DNA of 64,000 nt from Longimicrobiales bacterium. Its GTDB lineage: Bacteria; Gemmatimonadota; Gemmatimonadetes; Longimicrobiales; Gaopeijiaceae. The notes beneath the pieces were generated by a model that did no database searches, was not told where the DNA came from, and worked only from the letters and a program-made list of their open reading frames with translations. Of this stretch, positions 60,794 through 64,000 are shown piece by piece. Every line of letters starts with the position of its first letter. Positions within the stretch are counted from its first letter, which is position 1. Made by a program: the position numbers and the translations under genes. The stretch is taken from assembly GCA_965203485.1 (NCBI GenBank), contig OZ241892.1, positions 3,136,001 through 3,200,000 on the forward strand, written 5' to 3'.

Positions 60794-61905
60794 GGCGCGG
60801 GCGTCCGGGACCGGCCGTCAAGGAACAGGCGGCCGTGCTCGCCGGCTTTCGAGTAGACGTGATCGTAGAGCGTCGCGTCGGCGGGGCGGGGCGACGCGTC
60901 CGCGAAGTCCATGGAGTCCTGGACCACGTCGCGCACCTTGGCGTCGAGCGTTTCCAGCTCTTCTTGCTGCAAGAGGTCCGCCTCGAAGAGACGGTCCCGC
61001 AGGATTGCGACGGGATCGTGCTTCTCCACCTGCGCGTCCACTTCCTCCTTCGAGCGGTAGGTGCCGGAGACGGGATCGGACATGGAATGGCCGCGAAAGC
61101 GGTACGTCACCGCGTTGACGAACTGCGGCCCGGCGCCGCCGCGCACCTCCTCGGCGAGACGCGCGAACAAGTCGTAGGTCTCCACGACGTCTTGTCCGTT
61201 CACGGAGTGAGCGGGCACCCCGCACGCGCTCGAACGCACTTCCATCTCGGTCGTCGAGACGCGCTCGAACGCCGTCCCCATCCCGTAGCCGTTGTTCTCC
61301 ACGACGTAGACGACCGGCAACCGCCACACGGCCGACATGTTCAGCGATTCGAGGAAGGCTCCCTGGTTGACCGCCGCGTCGCCCAGGAAGCACACGCACA
61401 CTTGGTCGCCTCCCCGGTACTTGATGGCCCACGCGAGCCCCGCGCCCAGCGGGATCTGGCCGCCCACGATTCCATGGCCGCCGTAGAAGCCCTTGGCAAC
61501 GTCGAAGAGGTGCATCGAGCCGCCACGTCCGCCGCAACACCCGTCCACGCGACCGTACAGCTCGGCCATCACGGCGCGAGGAGAAATTCCCTTGGCAAGC
61601 GCCTGCGTGTGCTCGCGGTAGGCCGTGATGACCAAGTCGTCGTCCCGAAGCGGCTTGACGGCGCCCGCGGCCACCGCCTCCTGGCCGATGTGGACATGGC
61701 AGAAGCCCCCGATCTTGCCGATCTTGTAGGCCGTCTCGACCTCTTCCTCGAAGCGGCGGTAGAGCAGCATGTCCTCCAGCAGGGCGAGCGCGTCTTCGCG
61801 GGAGAGACGGCCGAGCGCGGCGGCCCCGGCCTTGTCGGCGCGGGCCCCGGACGCGCGGCTGCCCGCCCTTGCCCTCTTGGCCGTCTTCGTTCCGGTCGCG
61901 GCCAT
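60790..61905 (-). CDS. pdhA: Pyruvate dehydrogenase E1 alpha
   Basis: GFCHVHIGQEA, GRGGSMH, GDAAVNQG..NN (TPP motif), YRFRGHSMSDP. Confidence 0.95.
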   Translation of the reverse strand: MAATGTKTAKRARAGSRASGARADKAGAAALGRLSREDALALLEDMLLYRRFEEEVETAYKIGKIGGFCHVHIGQEAVAAGAVKPLRDDDLVITAYREHTQALAKGISPRAVMAELYGRVDGCCGGRGGSMHLFDVAKGFYGGHGIVGGQIPLGAGLAWAIKYRGGDQVCVCFLGDAAVNQGAFLESLNMSAVWRLPVVYVVENNGYGMGTAFERVSTTEMEVRSSACGVPAHSVNGQDVVETYDLFARLAEEVRGGAGPQFVNAVTYRFRGHSMSDPVSGTYRSKEEVDAQVEKHDPVAILRDRLFEADLLQQEELETLDAKVRDVVQDSMDFADASPRPADATLYDHVYSKAGEHGRLFLDGRSRTPAP

Positions 61906-63234
61906 CTAGGCTTCCCGGACGGCAAGACGACTTGCCCTTGCCTCGGAGGCGCCGTGCGAGGCAGGCGATTCGGCCCGTCGCCGAGCGTCCGGCGCACGCT
62001 CCACCTGCAAGCGCAACAAGCCGGACGGGGCGGCAGGTCCGACGCCCGCGCCACCGGCAACGGCATCCACGCCGACTGGCGCATCGGCCGGTCGGCGGCC
62101 CGCGCATCCGAGCGAGCCGTCGCCCGTGTGCGCCGGGCTGCTGTCCGCCGCGGCCTGCGGAACCTGGGCGCCGGCAAGCACAGTCTCCGCCGGGGCCGGC
62201 ACGTCCGCCTCCAGCACGTGGGCGACAATGCCGGGGCCGCCCGCCTCGACCTCCCGCGCTTGCTCCTTGGCGTGGTAGCTCGAGCGAACGAGCGGACCCG
62301 CTTCGACGTGGCGAAAGCCGAACTCGTCCTCGCCTGTCCGCTTCCACGCGCTGAACTCGGCCGGCGTCACCCAGCGCGCCACGGGAATGTGCTGCTCCGA
62401 GGGCCGCAAGTATTGGCCCAACGTCAAGATGTCCACGGCCGCCTTGCGGAGGTCGGCCATCGCTTGGCGGACCTCTTCCTCGCGCTCGCCCATGCCCAGG
62501 ATGATGCCTGTCTTGGTCAGCATCGACGGGTCGATCCGCTTGGCCGCGCCCAAGTACGAGATCGAGCGCCAATAGCGGCCGCCCGGCCGCACTTCCGGGT
62601 GCAGTCGTTCGACCGTCTCCAAGTTGTGGCCCAGGATGGCGGGGCGGGCGTCCATGACGGTTCGCAGCGCCGCCTCGTCGCCCTTGAAGTCGGGGATGAG
62701 CACCTCGACGGAGCAATCCGGCAGCCGTTGCCGCACTTCCTCGATCGTTGCCGCGTAGATGCTCGCCCCGCCGTCCGCGAGTTCGTCCCTGTTCACCGAT
62801 GTGACGACCACGTGGTCCAGCTCCATGGCGGCGACCGTGTCCGCCACCCTCCGAGGCTCGTCCCAGTCCAGTTCCGTGGGCATTCCGTGCGCCACGGCGC
62901 AGTACTTGCAGGCCCGCGTGCACACGTCGCCCAAGATCATGAACGTGGCCGTGCCGGCTTCCCAGCATTCGCCGATGTTGGGACAGCCGGCCTCCTCGCA
63001 CACGGTGTGCAAGGACTGGCTCCGCATCCTCTGCTTGAGACGAAGGTAGTTCGCTCCCCCCGGGGACCGCACCTTCAGCCACGACGGCTTTCGCGACGTG
63101 ATGGGGATCGTCTCGATGCCCTCGTGCGCCCGAATGCGCGACGTGCCCTTGGGCTTGACGTCGCCCGTGTCCTTGTGCCGCGGAGCATAGCCCCGGCCGG
63201 GGGTCGGCGCCCGCAACCTTATGCCGTCACGCAT
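61906..63234 (-). CDS. lipA: Lipoyl synthase with a long low-complexity C-terminal tail
   Basis: CEEAGCPNIGEC, CTRACKYC, GQYLRPS, PLVRSSY. Confidence 0.95.
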   Translation of the reverse strand: MRDGIRLRAPTPGRGYAPRHKDTGDVKPKGTSRIRAHEGIETIPITSRKPSWLKVRSPGGANYLRLKQRMRSQSLHTVCEEAGCPNIGECWEAGTATFMILGDVCTRACKYCAVAHGMPTELDWDEPRRVADTVAAMELDHVVVTSVNRDELADGGASIYAATIEEVRQRLPDCSVEVLIPDFKGDEAALRTVMDARPAILGHNLETVERLHPEVRPGGRYWRSISYLGAAKRIDPSMLTKTGIILGMGEREEEVRQAMADLRKAAVDILTLGQYLRPSEQHIPVARWVTPAEFSAWKRTGEDEFGFRHVEAGPLVRSSYHAKEQAREVEAGGPGIVAHVLEADVPAPAETVLAGAQVPQAAADSSPAHTGDGSLGCAGRRPADAPVGVDAVAGGAGVGPAAPSGLLRLQVERAPDARRRAESPASHGASEARASRLAVREA

Positions 63235-64000
63235 AGGCCAGCTCGAGACTCTCGAGGACGGCGTCAACGACGGGGACGGCTACGGCGTTACCCGTCAATC
63301 TGCGAGCCACCGACACTTTTTCTGGTATCTCAAACGAGTCTGGAAAACCCTGCAACCGAAACATTTCCCGCTCCGTGAGCCTGCGCCGGCCGTCGACCAG
63401 CAAGTAGTTGTAGCTGGCTCCCGCTCGCAAGGCGCAAGAGAACGGATGACTAGAAACGTTGCCGCCCTTGTTCTCGTGCCATATGGCCGGCTGCTCGGCG
63501 GCGCAGTGCTTTGCGTATCGTGACCTCCGAATGGCCTTGGACGCCATGTGCTTGGGATCAGGGGATGGTTCGAGCAGATCGGCCAGTGGGCGCATCGGGA
63601 CACTCTTGGCGGGCCAAGGAAACTCCGCGAGCAACGGCTTGTCCATGGCCACAATGAACACTCGGCGCCGGTTCTGCGGCAAGCCGAAGTCCAAGGCGTT
63701 CAAGACTTTCCAGGCAATGTGATAGCCCATTCGGCGCAACGCGCCGCGAACCCATCTAAACGCTTCGCCCCGTCGATTGGTCACGAACTGCGGAACGTTC
63801 TCCAGCACAAGCGCCTTCGGCTTTTTGACACGAGCGATTCGCTCCACATGACCGAACAACGTCCCGCGAGCGTCGCCCATTCCCTTCTGCGTTCCGATGA
63901 TGCTGAACGGCTGGCACGGAAAGCCCGCGAACAGGATGTCGTGGTCGGGGACTTCCTGCGCGTCTATCTGGGCGATGTCGCCTGCCGGCTCGAGGCCGAA
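63227..64000 (-). CDS. C5-cytosine DNA methyltransferase (5' end outside the window)
   Basis: AGFPCQPFS, ENV, QNRRRVFIV, RLQGFP, GNAV. Confidence 0.93.
   Translation of the reverse strand, partial: FGLEPAGDIAQIDAQEVPDHDILFAGFPCQPFSIIGTQKGMGDARGTLFGHVERIARVKKPKALVLENVPQFVTNRRGEAFRWVRGALRRMGYHIAWKVLNALDFGLPQNRRRVFIVAMDKPLLAEFPWPAKSVPMRPLADLLEPSPDPKHMASKAIRRSRYAKHCAAEQPAIWHENKGGNVSSHPFSCALRAGASYNYLLVDGRRRLTEREMFRLQGFPDSFEIPEKVSVARRLTGNAVAVPVVDAVLESLELAYA

Overview
GC-rich bacterial DNA. The protein repertoire (TonB receptors with N-terminal carboxypeptidase-regulatory-like domains, a PQQ dehydrogenase, beta-propeller lipoproteins) suggests Gemmatimonadota, but this is inference only. The backbone carries metabolic and transport genes: a vWA protein, kynureninase, two TonB receptors, PhoD, a galactokinase/SSS symporter/nucleotidyltransferase trio, a Rieske oxygenase, a Mo-enzyme complex, lipA-pdhABC and one tRNA-Lys(TTT). 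Accessory defence DNA is interspersed: an SmaI-like type II R-M pair, a GmrSD-like DUF262/DUF1524 nuclease, a C5 methyltransferase, and a ~9 kb decayed mosaic island at 49.3-58.3 kb (AAA ATPase, hsdR and mad4 remnants, a PHP-ATPase split by an intact IS5). Two signals stand out and are missed by the ORF track. (1) An OsmC-like gene has an in-frame UGA at its catalytic Cys position followed by a SECIS-like hairpin, so it is a probable selenoprotein. (2) A lipoprotein with a C-terminal peptidase M15 domain is followed by a secreted helical protein, with an orphan second copy of the toxin tip and a duplicated partner N-terminus, resembling a polymorphic toxin-immunity locus. All family calls come from motif recognition by eye; no searches were run.
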